DNA of 64,000 nucleotides from an uncultured Candidatus Entotheonella sp. (GTDB lineage: Bacteria > Tectomicrobia > Entotheonellia > Entotheonellales > Entotheonellaceae), in NCBI GenBank assembly GCA_965217185.1, contig OZ244252.1, forward strand, positions 2,592,001-2,656,000. Reading direction: 5' to 3'. Positions within the stretch are counted from its first letter, which is position 1, and each line of letters starts with the position of its first letter. The notes beneath the pieces were generated by a model, which was not told the DNA's origin, made no database searches, and saw nothing but the letters and a program-made list of their open reading frames with translations. Of the stretch, positions 47,356 through 59,279 are shown in pieces. A program made the translations under genes and the position numbers.

Positions 47356-48552
47356 TCAGAACAGGTCCGTCAAAATACCGTACCCGCCCACGTAGGTGCC
47401 GATGAGGCTGCCGAGCGTCGGCAGGATGAACGCCAGGAAGATGCGCAGGAGCCGGTTGCGCCACCAGTTCCCTGGAACCCGCATGTCCTCCGCAATGGTC
47501 TGCAGTTCGTGAACCAGGGGCGGGGCGACGTACGCCTGCACGAAGGCGGTGACGTATCCGGCGCCGATGACCGGGGTCAGGCTGGTGAGCGGCGCGGCCA
47601 CGAGGCCGGCGAGAATCGTCAGCGGATGCGCAAGCGCCAGGGTGGCGCCGATGGCGCAGGGAATGGCGTTGACCAGAATCCAGTAGAGCACGCTGTCGCC
47701 CATAGCAGCGGCGCCCTTCTGCCAGCCGATGGCGGCAATGACCGCGATGATCAGGGCGGGAACGGCCCAGCCCAGCCACTTGCCGATTGGCAGTGTCGCC
47801 GGCACGGTATCGAGGGCATCCAAATCGACCGGTGACGAAGCTCGCAACGCCCGCGCAATGCCGGGCACGTGCGCCGCGCCCACCACGCCCACCACGCGTT
47901 GCCCCTCGGACTGCCGCATTTTTTCCGCCAGGTACAGATCCCGCTCGTCGATGAGCACCTTGTGTAGCGCTGGGAACATGGTGCCGAGTTCCTGAAGCAG
48001 CTCGGTGAGAACGTCCTTCTTCCGGATGTCGCGCAAGTCGTCTTCAGATACGCGGGTGCTGTCGAACATGCTGCCGATCAACGCCGACAGCAGCCAGAAC
48101 TTGCGCAGGAACGACGTGGAACGCCAGGCTCGCAGCATGGTCACCCGCACCGCGCGGTCGCACAGCGCCACGGGGATGTCGTGCTCCTCCGCAACCTTGG
48201 TCGCCTCCAGCAATTCTATGCCCGGCGTCACCCCCAGTTGACCCCCCAGCCGCTTCTGGTAGGAAGCCAGGATCAGGTTGGCCAGCAGCGCGCTGAGCTG
48301 ACGCTTGCGAATGACCTCCTTCAGGTCGAGGTCCTCCCACCGGCTGCCCGCCGACAGCGCCGCGTAGCGCTGCGCGTCCAACTCCACGCACACGCAATCC
48401 GGCTGCTCCTTGCCGATGACCTGCCGCACCAGATCGGCGGACTCCTGCGAAATGTGTGCCGTGCCCACCAACAGGAACGTGCGCCCCTGGTGCTCCACGA
48501 TTTGCACGTCAGACGGGTATTGATCGGAATCGAACGATGCGGGGTCGGACAA
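47356..48552 (-). CDS. TraB/PrgY (GumN) family protein (start uncertain)
   Basis: LVGTAHIS..S, VCVELD..R, LIDERD, VVGAAH, C-terminal TMs with P..GAG. Confidence 0.9.
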   Translation of the reverse strand: MSDPASFDSDQYPSDVQIVEHQGRTFLLVGTAHISQESADLVRQVIGKEQPDCVCVELDAQRYAALSAGSRWEDLDLKEVIRKRQLSALLANLILASYQKRLGGQLGVTPGIELLEATKVAEEHDIPVALCDRAVRVTMLRAWRSTSFLRKFWLLSALIGSMFDSTRVSEDDLRDIRKKDVLTELLQELGTMFPALHKVLIDERDLYLAEKMRQSEGQRVVGVVGAAHVPGIARALRASSPVDLDALDTVPATLPIGKWLGWAVPALIIAVIAAIGWQKGAAAMGDSVLYWILVNAIPCAIGATLALAHPLTILAGLVAAPLTSLTPVIGAGYVTAFVQAYVAPPLVHELQTIAEDMRVPGNWWRNRLLRIFLAFILPTLGSLIGTYVGGYGILTDLF

Positions 48553-48707
48553 GGTGTTCGCTTTCGTTGGCGGTCTCGGAAACCGGTTGGGATGGGCTAG
48601 CCTGTGGTCGGGAAAGAATAACACGCCGTGCAGCGCCCGGCGAGGTTGTGTCACAATTTGGGCTTCACGCGAACAGCATTATCCAGGCACGAAAGGAGCC
48701 ATCGATT

Positions 48708-49715
48708 ATGAGAGTCTTTGAAATTCGCGACGCGTTCGGCATCGACAACCTGAAGCTGGCGGAGCGGCAGGAAGCGGCCTTGCAGCCGGGGCAGACGCGG
48801 GTTCGGGTGCGGGCAACGTCGCTGAATTACCGGGATCTGATGACCGTCAAGCACGGCGGCGCCCGGGGCGTGCGGGTGCCGCTGATCCCGCTGTCGGACG
48901 GCGCCGGGGAGGTTGTCGAGGTTGGCCCGGGCGTAAGCCGCGTCAAGCCGGGGGACCGGGTCATGGGCATTTTCATGCAGACCTGGCTGGCCGGGGAACC
49001 GACGCAGGCGCATGCCGAATCGGCACTGGGCGGTGCGATCGACGGCATGCTGGCGGAACAGGTCGTCCTGCACGAGGACGGCTTGGTGCGCGTGCCCGGT
49101 TATCTGTCGTACGAAGAAGCCGCCACGCTGCCGTGCGCCGCGGTGACCGCCTGGCAGGGGTTGATGACCAAGGGGAGCCTGCAAGCCGGCGATACCATCC
49201 TGGTGCTCGGCACCGGCGGCGTGTCGATCTTCGCGTTGCAATTCGCCGCCATTGCGGGCGCCAAGACCATCATCACCTCCAGCAGCGACGCCAAGCTGGA
49301 GCAGGCCAGGAAGCTCGGGGCAGCCGAGTGCATCAACTACAAAGCCACGCCGGATTGGGAAAAACGGGTGCTGGAACTGACCGACGGCGTTGGCGTGGAT
49401 CACGTGGTGGAAGTTGGCGGCGTGGGCACGCTCGAAAAATCGTTGCAGGCCGTGCGCATCGGCGGCACGGTCAGCCTCATCGGCGTGCTGACGGGCAGCG
49501 GCACCATGGACCCCATGGCGATTCTGCGCAAGAGCATCCGCATGCAGGGCATCTACGTCGGCTCGCGGGCGATGTTCGAGGCCATGAACCGCGCCCTGTC
49601 GCTGCATACCGTGCGGCCGGTCATCGACCGCGCCTTCCCATTCGAGGAATCACGGGAAGCCCTGTCCTACATGGAAAGCGCCGCCCACTTCGGCAAGATC
49701 GTGGTGACCTTGTAA
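48708..49715 (+). CDS. Zinc-binding (MDR) NAD(P)-dependent alcohol dehydrogenase/quinone reductase
   Basis: SLNYRD, PLSDGAGEV, LPCAAVTAW, GTGGVS, HFGKIV. Confidence 0.93.
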   Translation: MRVFEIRDAFGIDNLKLAERQEAALQPGQTRVRVRATSLNYRDLMTVKHGGARGVRVPLIPLSDGAGEVVEVGPGVSRVKPGDRVMGIFMQTWLAGEPTQAHAESALGGAIDGMLAEQVVLHEDGLVRVPGYLSYEEAATLPCAAVTAWQGLMTKGSLQAGDTILVLGTGGVSIFALQFAAIAGAKTIITSSSDAKLEQARKLGAAECINYKATPDWEKRVLELTDGVGVDHVVEVGGVGTLEKSLQAVRIGGTVSLIGVLTGSGTMDPMAILRKSIRMQGIYVGSRAMFEAMNRALSLHTVRPVIDRAFPFEESREALSYMESAAHFGKIVVTL

Positions 49716-49756
49716 GGCAAGATCAGGGCGGCTTCCGTGCCGGCTGTTTAGCGGAA

Positions 49757-49787
49757 TGTCGGATTACGCTTCGCTAATCCGACTTAC
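49757..49787 (-). repeat. REP palindrome copy 1 (GTAA variant)
   Basis: Reverse complement GTAAGTCGGATTAGCGAAGCGTAATCCGACA; supplies the recQ TAA. Confidence 0.9.
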
Positions 49788-52054
49788 AGCGAATCCCGTG
49801 CTGCCCGGTTAGCGGCCAGATGGCCGCGAATTTCATCCAGAAGAATCTCACCGTACTTGCGGGCCTTTTCCTCACCAATCCCGTAAATCTCCAACAGGGC
49901 GTGGCGCTCGGTGGGCAGCCGCTGCGCCAGTTCCCGCAGTGTGCGGTTGTTGACGATGCAATACGCCGGCAGGGACTCGGCCTCTGCCAGTGACTTGCGC
50001 CGTGCCTGTAAGCGCTGCAGCAAAACGGCATCATATTCGGGCTCGGGCTCCGAAGCCTGTGAGGGGGTCTGGAAATCCGCCGCGGAGAGCACGTCAGGCG
50101 TCAGCGATGGGATCGCCGCGGCGGAGTCCTCAGGTTCGGCAGGTCGGGGCCGGGCCGACGGCGCGGCAGCTTGACGGGGCGTCGTCCCAATATCGGGCAA
50201 GAGCGGCAACTGGATATCCTGCTGGCGGCGCATCACCACCTGTCCGTGATCCGTAATTTCCAGCTTCGGGTATTCGTCCCCCAAGACGTCGATGCAGCCC
50301 GCGCCGATCAACGCCTCCAAGTAGGCATCGATCATCTCACGCGGCGAACCTTTCAAAATGCCGTAGGTCGATAACTGCGACAGGTGCGTACCGCGAATCT
50401 CTCGCGCCCGAGAGCCCTGCAGAACCTGCACGACCCGGGCGCGGCCGTAGCGCCCGTGCATGCGGGTCACGCAACTGAGAATCTTCTGGATATTCAGCCA
50501 CTCGCCCTCCGAAGGGGTACGCGCCGGACTTGCCGCCGCGCTCTTGGGAACCGTATCGCTCAGGCAATGATCGCAGGCCGCGCAGTTCGGCTTGTCCCAG
50601 GTCTCGCCGAAATATCCCAGTATCTTCTGCCGCCGGCATTGACGGGCGTTGGCATAGCCGACCATGCGGCGGACTTTGGCCAATTCCTGTTGGCGACGCT
50701 GACGTAGAGCGTCATCGTCCAGAACCAGCGCATGTGGCAGAACCGGCTCCCCGGTCAGACGCATCAACGTGTTTGGCGTACCGGCCGACAGGTCGTCTCC
50801 CGTCTCAAAATTCGTCAGTTGCTCAATGTAACCCGCCTTTTCCAACAGCCGGGCAGTCGCGGCGAGTTGCATGGCGCTGCTGCCGCGTCCCAAGTGCCGC
50901 AGCAGGGTCGCCAATTGCACGTCTGTACCCGGTGGCCCCACCCCCGCGATCAACTCGTAGACCCGCTCCATCACCTCGCGCGTCGGGTTGTTGTGCTCGA
51001 TCAGGAACTCCTGGATGCGCACGTCGCCGTAGCTGAACAGCAATACGCATTGCGCCTCGGCGCCGTCCCGCCCAGCGCGCCCCGCTTCCTGGTAATAAGC
51101 CTCCAGCGAGCGCGGCAGGTTGAAGTGCACGACCCAGTGCACGTCGGGCTTGTCGATCCCCATGCCAAAGGCATTGGTCGCCACGATCAGGCCATTTGGC
51201 CGCTCCATGAAGGCGTCCTGGGCCTGCTTGCGCGCCGCGTCCGACAGCCCGGCGTGGTAGAGCAGCACCTCCGCGCCCCGCTCTTGCAGAAAGGCGGCGA
51301 CCTCCTGCGCGGCCCGGCGCGTCGAGGTGTAGACGATCGTGCTGCCGTCCCGCTGGGCGACGAGCACTTCCTGCAGGGCTTGCAACTTGGCCTTCTGGCC
51401 GTTCAGGCTCAGCACCCGATAAACCAGGTTGGGGCGGTCGAAGCCGTACACGAAGGGCTGCATGTCCGGGCGGCCCAACTGCTGCACGATGTCCTGCTGC
51501 ACGTCCACCGTCGCCGTGGCGGTGAGGGCCAGCACCTGCGGCCGGTCCGGCAACGCCACGGCTTCGCGGAGACGCAAGTAATCGGGGCGAAAATCATGCC
51601 CCCACTCAGAGATGCAATGGGCTTCGTCGATGGCGAACAGCGACACCCGCATGCAAGAAACGGCTTCTACGAAGCGCGCGCTGCGAAAGCGCTCCGGCGC
51701 GATGTACAGCAGGTCGTAGACGCCCGCCCGGCACGCCCGCAGCCGTTCCTGCTGCTCGCGCGGCGGCAGCGAGCTGTTGACGCACGTGGCGGCGATGCCT
51801 TGCGCCTGCAAGGCGTCAACCTGATCCTTCATCAGGGCGATGAGCGGCGAGATCACCAGCGCACAGCCCTCCCGAAACACTGCCGGCAATTGGTAGCAAA
51901 GGGATTTGCCGCTGCCGGTCGGCATGACCGCCAGGACGTCATGGCCTTGCAGCACCGTTTCGATAATGGCGGCCTGACCGGGCCGAAAATCGCGGTGCCC
52001 GAAGCGCTGGGACAGAACGTCACGGGCTCCACTCAGGGTGTCGGTGTCTGTCAT
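49784..52054 (-). CDS. recQ: ATP-dependent DNA helicase RecQ (with RQC and HRDC)
   Basis: MPTGSGKSLCYQ, DEAHC.SEWGHDFRP, ATNAFGMGIDK, QEAGRAGRDG, CRR..YFGE..C..CD.C, HRDC. Confidence 0.95.
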   Translation of the reverse strand: MTDTDTLSGARDVLSQRFGHRDFRPGQAAIIETVLQGHDVLAVMPTGSGKSLCYQLPAVFREGCALVISPLIALMKDQVDALQAQGIAATCVNSSLPPREQQERLRACRAGVYDLLYIAPERFRSARFVEAVSCMRVSLFAIDEAHCISEWGHDFRPDYLRLREAVALPDRPQVLALTATATVDVQQDIVQQLGRPDMQPFVYGFDRPNLVYRVLSLNGQKAKLQALQEVLVAQRDGSTIVYTSTRRAAQEVAAFLQERGAEVLLYHAGLSDAARKQAQDAFMERPNGLIVATNAFGMGIDKPDVHWVVHFNLPRSLEAYYQEAGRAGRDGAEAQCVLLFSYGDVRIQEFLIEHNNPTREVMERVYELIAGVGPPGTDVQLATLLRHLGRGSSAMQLAATARLLEKAGYIEQLTNFETGDDLSAGTPNTLMRLTGEPVLPHALVLDDDALRQRRQQELAKVRRMVGYANARQCRRQKILGYFGETWDKPNCAACDHCLSDTVPKSAAASPARTPSEGEWLNIQKILSCVTRMHGRYGRARVVQVLQGSRAREIRGTHLSQLSTYGILKGSPREMIDAYLEALIGAGCIDVLGDEYPKLEITDHGQVVMRRQQDIQLPLLPDIGTTPRQAAAPSARPRPAEPEDSAAAIPSLTPDVLSAADFQTPSQASEPEPEYDAVLLQRLQARRKSLAEAESLPAYCIVNNRTLRELAQRLPTERHALLEIYGIGEEKARKYGEILLDEIRGHLAANRAARDSL

Positions 52055-52168
52055 GGTTTTGTGGATTCAATGGAGGTGTGGAAACGAGCAGAACAGACGG
52101 GTACCAAACGAGGCGCAAGCATAGCCCAAGGGATCAACGATGGCCAACGCATATTTTGACAGATAAAA

Positions 52169-52197
52169 TTGACAATAAGATTGGTAGCCGTTACATT
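52169..52197 (+). promoter_or_regulatory. Putative sigma70 promoter of the suf operon
   Basis: TTGACA-17 nt-TACATT; second TTGACA at 52156-52161. Confidence 0.6.
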
Positions 52198-52234
52198 ACC
52201 CGGCACTATCCTCTCTTATTGAGGGAACTGAGCC

Positions 52235-52873
52235 ATGTTATCCGACATACGACATGACAATTCGCCGGCCGGCCAGATTCTGCGTCTCTTGCAACACCAG
52301 GGCAGACGCAGCATCAAGGAGATCGAAGCCGAGTTGGGCGTCACCACGACGGCCGTACGCCAGCAGTTGACGGCGCTGGTCGCCGCCGGTCTGGTGACGG
52401 CTGACACGGTGCGCGAAAAGCGAGGCCGTCCGCACGCTGTCTACAACCTTTCGGACAAAGGCCACGAGCTCTTCGCCCGCGGCTCGATGGACTTGGCGCA
52501 CGCCCTGCTCGGCGAAGTGCTGCAGCTCGGCGATCCCGGACTGGCACAGCAGCTTTTGAGCGGCGTCAGCACGCGCCTGGGGCGTCGTTACGCCGAGCAA
52601 ATGCACGGCATCGCGGTGCAGGAACGTTTGCAGGACTTGGCGGCTTGGCTCGAGGTGCACGGCATTCCCAGCAAGGTGGACGAAGAAGCCGACGCCTTCG
52701 TGTTGACCGAGTACGGCTGTCCGTACTACGGCTTGGCCCGCGAGCACCGCGAAGTGTGTGACATGGAAATTGAAGCGATGGAATTGGCCCTGGGGTCGCC
52801 GGTGACGCTGTGTCAATCGCAACTCGACGGGCACCATGGCTGCCAGTTTCAAGTGAAGAAACCTTCGGCATGA
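52235..52873 (+). CDS. sufR: SufR-like Fe-S sensing transcriptional regulator
   Basis: wHTH, RGRP..Y.L, GCPY..C..E, terminal GC; first gene of the suf operon. Confidence 0.85.
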   Translation: MLSDIRHDNSPAGQILRLLQHQGRRSIKEIEAELGVTTTAVRQQLTALVAAGLVTADTVREKRGRPHAVYNLSDKGHELFARGSMDLAHALLGEVLQLGDPGLAQQLLSGVSTRLGRRYAEQMHGIAVQERLQDLAAWLEVHGIPSKVDEEADAFVLTEYGCPYYGLAREHREVCDMEIEAMELALGSPVTLCQSQLDGHHGCQFQVKKPSA

Positions 52874-52923
52874 AACCAGGCGCCCAGCGCTGAAGAAACG
52901 GAATTGACTTTCTTTAAGGAGAA

Positions 52924-53733
52924 ATGAGTCACATGGACTTGAGTATTCGGAACCTGCAGGTCAGTGTGGACGACAAGCCCATCCTGCGGGGCCTGAACCT
53001 GGAGATTAAACAGGGAGAGATTCACGCCCTGATGGGCCCTAACGGCTCGGGCAAAAGCACCCTGGCCTACGCCCTCATGGGCAATGAGAAGTACCGCGTG
53101 GACGCCGGCGAGATTCTGCTGGACGGTGAAAACCTGCTCGATCTCGCCGTTGACGAACGCGCCCACCGCGGCCTGTTCCTCGCCTTCCAATACCCCACCA
53201 CCATTCCCGGCGTCACCCTGGCTGATTTCCTGCGCCGCTCGGTCAGCGCCGTGCGCCGCGCCCGCGATAGCGCTGCCGAATCCCAAGAGACAACAACCGG
53301 TCAGGGCATGCTCGTACCGATGCGCGAGTTCCGGCGCGAACTGCTCGGCAAAATGAAGGACCTCGGCGTCGACCAGGCGTTTGCGCGCCGCTACCTGAAC
53401 GAGGGTTTTTCGGGTGGGGAAAAGAAACGCGTTGAAGTCCTACAACTCGCCATGCTGCAGCCGAAATTCGCCATTCTCGACGAAACCGACTCCGGTCTGG
53501 ATATCGATGCCCTGCGCACGGTGGCGGAAGGGGTCAGCGCCCTCGCCGGCTCGGAGCTCGGCGTCCTCGTCATCACCCATTATCAGCGCTTGTTGAACTA
53601 CATCAAACCACACTTCGTGCACATCCTCCTGGATGGGCAAATCGTTGAATCGGGTGGAGCGGACATGGCCGAAAAGCTGGACGCAAGCGGCTACGACGGG
53701 CTCCGCGAGAAGTACGCCGAACCGGTCGCTTAG
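52924..53733 (+). CDS. sufC: Fe-S assembly ATPase SufC
   Basis: [36 protein letters not shown]. Confidence 0.97.
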   Translation: MSHMDLSIRNLQVSVDDKPILRGLNLEIKQGEIHALMGPNGSGKSTLAYALMGNEKYRVDAGEILLDGENLLDLAVDERAHRGLFLAFQYPTTIPGVTLADFLRRSVSAVRRARDSAAESQETTTGQGMLVPMREFRRELLGKMKDLGVDQAFARRYLNEGFSGGEKKRVEVLQLAMLQPKFAILDETDSGLDIDALRTVAEGVSALAGSELGVLVITHYQRLLNYIKPHFVHILLDGQIVESGGADMAEKLDASGYDGLREKYAEPVA

Positions 53734-53777
53734 CGGCCCGGTCAATCGGCCAGGAACAGCACTTAAGGAGATTGCTC

Positions 53778-55199
<1,422 letters not shown>

Positions 55200-55211
55200 G
55201 GGGAGGAGAAC

Positions 55212-56540
55212 GTGGCCGTTGTAACGAATGCGAGTGACCTGAGCGCCGAGGCGGTTGAGACGCTCAGTGCCTCGAAGAACGAACCGGCGTGGATGCGCGA
55301 CAAGCGCCGCGCCGCTTGGCAACTCAGCCAGGAGTTGCCCATGCCGACCGATACCGACGAAGCATGGCGGCGCACGGATTTGCGGGGTCTGGATCTTGTC
55401 CAGTACGCAGCGCTACCGCCGCAGGCCGAGGCGGTTTTGACGCGGGAGCAGCTACCGGCCTACCTGGCGCCGCACCTGGCCATGCCGGAAACCACCGTTG
55501 GCGGCGTCATGGTTCACCAGGACGGCAGCGCCCTATGGCAAACGCTGGAAGCCGATTTGGCCCGGCAGGGAGTCATCTTCTGCGACCTCGACAGCGCGGT
55601 GCAGCAACACGCCGATCTCGTCGAAGCGCACTTCATGACCGAGGCCGTGCCTGTCGATACCGATGCCTTCACGGCCCTGCACGGTGCTTTGTGGCAAGGC
55701 GGTATCTTTCTGTACGTGCCCAGAGGCGTTCAGGTGCGGGTGCCGTTGCAGGCGCTGACCGCGCACGCCACGGCCTCCGGCATGGTGCAGCCGCACTTGC
55801 TGCTCATCGCCGATGTCCAGAGCGACGTAACCTTCGTGGATGAGCAATTCTCGCAGTCGGCCGATCTGCCGGGCTTCCACAACGGTGTCGTCGAGCTTTA
55901 CCTCAAGCCCGGCGCCCGGGCAACCTATTTACAACTCCAGAATTGGAGCCGCCGCCTGTGGGGCATCAGCCACCAACGCGCCGTGCTCGACGCCGACAGC
56001 CAACTCCACTGGGCCGCGGCGGGACTGGGAAGCCGTCTGTATTGGACCTCGCAGGACGTCTGGCTACGGGCGCCGGGCGCCAATTCGAAGCTCTTCGGTC
56101 TGAACTTCGCCGACGGACGCCAGCACCTGGATTACCAGACCCGCCAGGACCACACCGCGCCGCACACTGAAAGCGACCTGCTGTTCAAAGGCGTGGTTCT
56201 CGATCGGGCGCGGACCGTCTTTCGCGGCGTCCTGCATCTGCGCAAGGAGGCCCAGCAGACCAACGCCTACCAGGCCACCCACAACCTGCTGCTGAGCCCG
56301 AAGGCGCGCGCCGACGCCCTGCCCATCCTCGAAATCGAGGCCGACGACGTACGCTGCAAGCACGGCTCGACCACGGGCCGGGTGGACGAAGAACAAATGT
56401 TCTACCTGATGAGCCGGGGCTTGTCGCGCCAGGACGCCCAGCGCTTGATCGTCCAAGGCTTCTTCGAGACGGTCATCACCGAATTTCCGGTGGAGGGCGT
56501 GCAGGAGAAAATTCGTCTGGCGATCGAGGACAGGATTTAG
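55212..56540 (+). CDS. sufD: Fe-S assembly protein SufD
   Basis: EAWRRTD, P.LEIEADDVRCKHG, FYLMSRG. Confidence 0.93.
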   Translation: MAVVTNASDLSAEAVETLSASKNEPAWMRDKRRAAWQLSQELPMPTDTDEAWRRTDLRGLDLVQYAALPPQAEAVLTREQLPAYLAPHLAMPETTVGGVMVHQDGSALWQTLEADLARQGVIFCDLDSAVQQHADLVEAHFMTEAVPVDTDAFTALHGALWQGGIFLYVPRGVQVRVPLQALTAHATASGMVQPHLLLIADVQSDVTFVDEQFSQSADLPGFHNGVVELYLKPGARATYLQLQNWSRRLWGISHQRAVLDADSQLHWAAAGLGSRLYWTSQDVWLRAPGANSKLFGLNFADGRQHLDYQTRQDHTAPHTESDLLFKGVVLDRARTVFRGVLHLRKEAQQTNAYQATHNLLLSPKARADALPILEIEADDVRCKHGSTTGRVDEEQMFYLMSRGLSRQDAQRLIVQGFFETVITEFPVEGVQEKIRLAIEDRI

Positions 56541-56586
56541 CGGGATGATTGATACGAAAATGTTCTAACGGGAAGGAATGGACGAC

Positions 56587-56901
56587 ATGCCAGAGTGGGT
56601 CAAGATTGCCGAGGCGGGGGAGTTGGCCCCCGGCGAGAAGAAACAGGTGGACCTGGACGGCCTGGAAGTGGCGCTGTTCAACGTCGACGGCGAATACTAC
56701 GTCATCGAAGACGTGTGCACGCACGACGGCGCGCCCCTGGCGCACGGCAAATTTGCCGGCAAGGAAATCAACTGCCCACGACACGGCGCGCGCTTCGACG
56801 TCTGCACTGGCGCCGCCCTGTGCATGCCGGCCATTGAGTCGGTGGACACCTATGAGGTCAAAATCGACGGTAACGACATCTGCATCGAGGTCGATCTGTA
56901 G
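56587..56901 (+). CDS. Rieske-type ferredoxin
   Basis: CTH..CPRHGARFD. Confidence 0.93.
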   Translation: MPEWVKIAEAGELAPGEKKQVDLDGLEVALFNVDGEYYVIEDVCTHDGAPLAHGKFAGKEINCPRHGARFDVCTGAALCMPAIESVDTYEVKIDGNDICIEVDL

Positions 56902-56944
56902 ACGGCCGCGAGGGAATTTTCTGCCAGCTTGAGAGGATGCACGG

Positions 56945-57244
56945 ATGCTTGATCAAGAAACAATCTACGAGGCCCTGAAGCAGGTCATCGACCCGGAGGT
57001 CGGGCTCAACATCGTCGACATGGGGCTGATCTACGATATTGAGATCGGCGACCAAAAAATTGATCTGACCATGACCCTGACCAGCCCCGCCTGCCCCGCC
57101 GGTCCGATGATCCTGACGCAGATCGACGATCAGCTGAAGACCTTGGAAAACGTCGAGGACGTTGACATCAAGGTCGTCTGGAGCCCGCCCTGGACCCCGG
57201 ACATGCTGTCGGAAGACGGCAAGGACCAACTGGGGATCTTCTAG
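56945..57244 (+). CDS. sufT: DUF59/SufT Fe-S maturation factor
   Basis: VIDPE..NIVDMGL, MTLTSPACP, PPWTP. Confidence 0.9.
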   Translation: MLDQETIYEALKQVIDPEVGLNIVDMGLIYDIEIGDQKIDLTMTLTSPACPAGPMILTQIDDQLKTLENVEDVDIKVVWSPPWTPDMLSEDGKDQLGIF

Positions 57245-57246
57245 CG

Positions 57247-57696
57247 ATGCACGAGACGGCATGCCCCGAGGCGCTGCAAGACATCATCGAGGAGTTCAGC
57301 AGCGCCGCGCCCGAGGAACGCCTGGAACTGCTGCTGGAATTCGCCATGGACCTGCCGGACCTGCCGGAGGAATTGCACCACGCCCGCGACACCATGGAGC
57401 AGGTGCACGAGTGCCAGAGCCCTGTCTTCCTGCACGCCTCGCTGCAGGACGGCCGCATGGTGTACCACATCGACGTGCCCCGCGAGGCGCCCACCGTGCG
57501 CGGCTTCGCGAGCATCCTCCACAGCGGCCTGAACGGCGCCACGCCGGCAGCCATCGCCGCCACCCCCACCAATCTCTACCAGCAACTCGGCCTGCACAAG
57601 GTCATCTCACCCCTGCGGCTGCGCGGCCTGGCGGCCCTGCTGCACCGCATGAAACGCAACGCCAAGGAACTAGCGGCTACATGTAGGTCGGATTAG
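57247..57696 (+). CDS. sufE: SufE-family sulfur acceptor
   Basis: VHECQSPVF, EAPTVRGFA, SPLRLRG. Confidence 0.88.
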   Translation: MHETACPEALQDIIEEFSSAAPEERLELLLEFAMDLPDLPEELHHARDTMEQVHECQSPVFLHASLQDGRMVYHIDVPREAPTVRGFASILHSGLNGATPAAIAATPTNLYQQLGLHKVISPLRLRGLAALLHRMKRNAKELAATCRSD

Positions 57697-57713
57697 CGAA
57701 GCGTAATCCGACA
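57683..57713 (+). repeat. REP palindrome copy 2
   Basis: GTAGGTCGGATTAGCGAAGCGTAATCCGACA, overlapping the sufE stop. Confidence 0.92.
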
Positions 57714-57723
57714 TTCCACCGCC

Positions 57724-58944
57724 TTATTCAAGCCCCGTAATCGGCGTATCCACCAACTCCGGAAACACCCCGCCCTCGTAAGCGTGCCGCTCTGCAACTT
57801 CTTCGTTCAGCTCGATACCCAAGCCCGGCTTGGTCGGCGGAATGATGAAGCCGTCCTGCCACTGAATGGGCTCCTTCACCACCTCGCCGTAAAACCCCCC
57901 AAAGGTTTCGATGCTCTCCTGGATCAGGAAATTCGGGCTGCAGGTGGCGATCTGGATATTGGCCGCCGCTTCCAGCGGCCCACAGTAGAGATGCGGGGCG
58001 ATCTGGACATAATACGCCTCGGCCATGCCGGCGATTTTCTTCGCTTCCAGGATGCCGCCGACGCGCCCCAAGGCGGGCTGCAGAATGGCCGCCGCCTGTT
58101 TTTCGAGCAGCGGCGCGAACTGGTACTTGGTGGTCAGCCGCTCACCGGTAGCCACGGGGATGCAGGTCGAATGCGCCACCCGCGCCATCTCGTTCAGGTT
58201 TTCCGGCGGCACCGGCTCCTCGAACCACAGCGGCTCATACGGCTCCAGGCGGCGGGCAAAGCGAATCGCAGCGGCCGTCGTCATCTGCCCGTGCGTGCCG
58301 ATGAGCAGATCGCATTTGCTCCCCACCGCCTCCCGCATGTTCTTGACCACCAGCTCGGCGTTATCCAGCACCTCAAGCGTAAGTTGCCTGGGGTCGAAGG
58401 CACCCATCGGCATGATCGGATCGAACTTCAGGGCGGTGAAGCCCTGTTCGAGGTATTGCAGAGCCCGGCGCGGCGCGCGTTCCGGGTCGCCGAAGATGTT
58501 GGCGACCTCAAGCGCGTCCGAAGTCCCGTCCGGCTCCGCGGGGGCGGGGTAAAGATACGTGTAGGATCGCAATTTCTCGTGCACCTGGCCGCCAAGCAGG
58601 TTGTAGACCGGCTGGTTGAGCGCCTTGCCCACGATGTCCCAGCAGGCCATTTCGATACCGCTCAGCACCCCCATGAGGCTCAGATCCGGGTGCTGCGTGT
58701 AGCCGCTCGAATAGATGATGCGCCAGAGTTTTTCGATCTGGAACGGATTCGCGCCGACGACATAGCGCTCGACCACGTCCTCGACGAGGCGCGCCACCAA
58801 CTTCGGGTGAAACGGCACGCCGTAAGCCTCGCCAAAGCCCTCCACGTTGTCATCCGTCGTCAGCTTCAAGAATACCCAGTACCCGCCGCCGTGGTGTGGC
58901 GGCGGATTACCCACTACGTAGGTTTTGACGTCTTTGATTTTCAT
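57724..58944 (-). CDS. Mandelate racemase/galactonate dehydratase-like enolase-superfamily enzyme
   Basis: SGIEMACWDI.GKA..PVY.LLGG, KFD, HGQ, WFEEP, ATGER, APH. Confidence 0.92.
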   Translation of the reverse strand: MKIKDVKTYVVGNPPPHHGGGYWVFLKLTTDDNVEGFGEAYGVPFHPKLVARLVEDVVERYVVGANPFQIEKLWRIIYSSGYTQHPDLSLMGVLSGIEMACWDIVGKALNQPVYNLLGGQVHEKLRSYTYLYPAPAEPDGTSDALEVANIFGDPERAPRRALQYLEQGFTALKFDPIMPMGAFDPRQLTLEVLDNAELVVKNMREAVGSKCDLLIGTHGQMTTAAAIRFARRLEPYEPLWFEEPVPPENLNEMARVAHSTCIPVATGERLTTKYQFAPLLEKQAAAILQPALGRVGGILEAKKIAGMAEAYYVQIAPHLYCGPLEAAANIQIATCSPNFLIQESIETFGGFYGEVVKEPIQWQDGFIIPPTKPGLGIELNEEVAERHAYEGGVFPELVDTPITGLE

Positions 58945-59279
58945 CGGTTTTTCACCTCATCTTCCACAGCACGATCTTGCCCGTTCGAAATCTTCCCAGT
59001 AAGTGGGTAGCCGGGTCGTGCGAAAATCTCGGCGATGTACTTGTCGCCGAACACCCATAGGACACGAATCCGAGCATCCTAACAGGAATGCCTGCGTTGT
59101 TCACATTGGTTTGCCATAGTGCGGAAGCAGAATTTGGAAATTGAGCCGCACGAGCGTTGCCGCTACACTTCGATGCCGCTGCCACGCACCCCGGCCCGGG
59201 ATGCCGCAGATTTGCCAAAGCCTGACAGACAACGCTCGGAACGACGTTTCTCACCCCGCGCTCCAAACGGGAGTTCACC

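Noticed and set aside
47356..48552. traB as a conjugation marker
   Set aside because: TraB/PrgY protease-like family is commonly chromosomal; no T4SS or relaxase nearby
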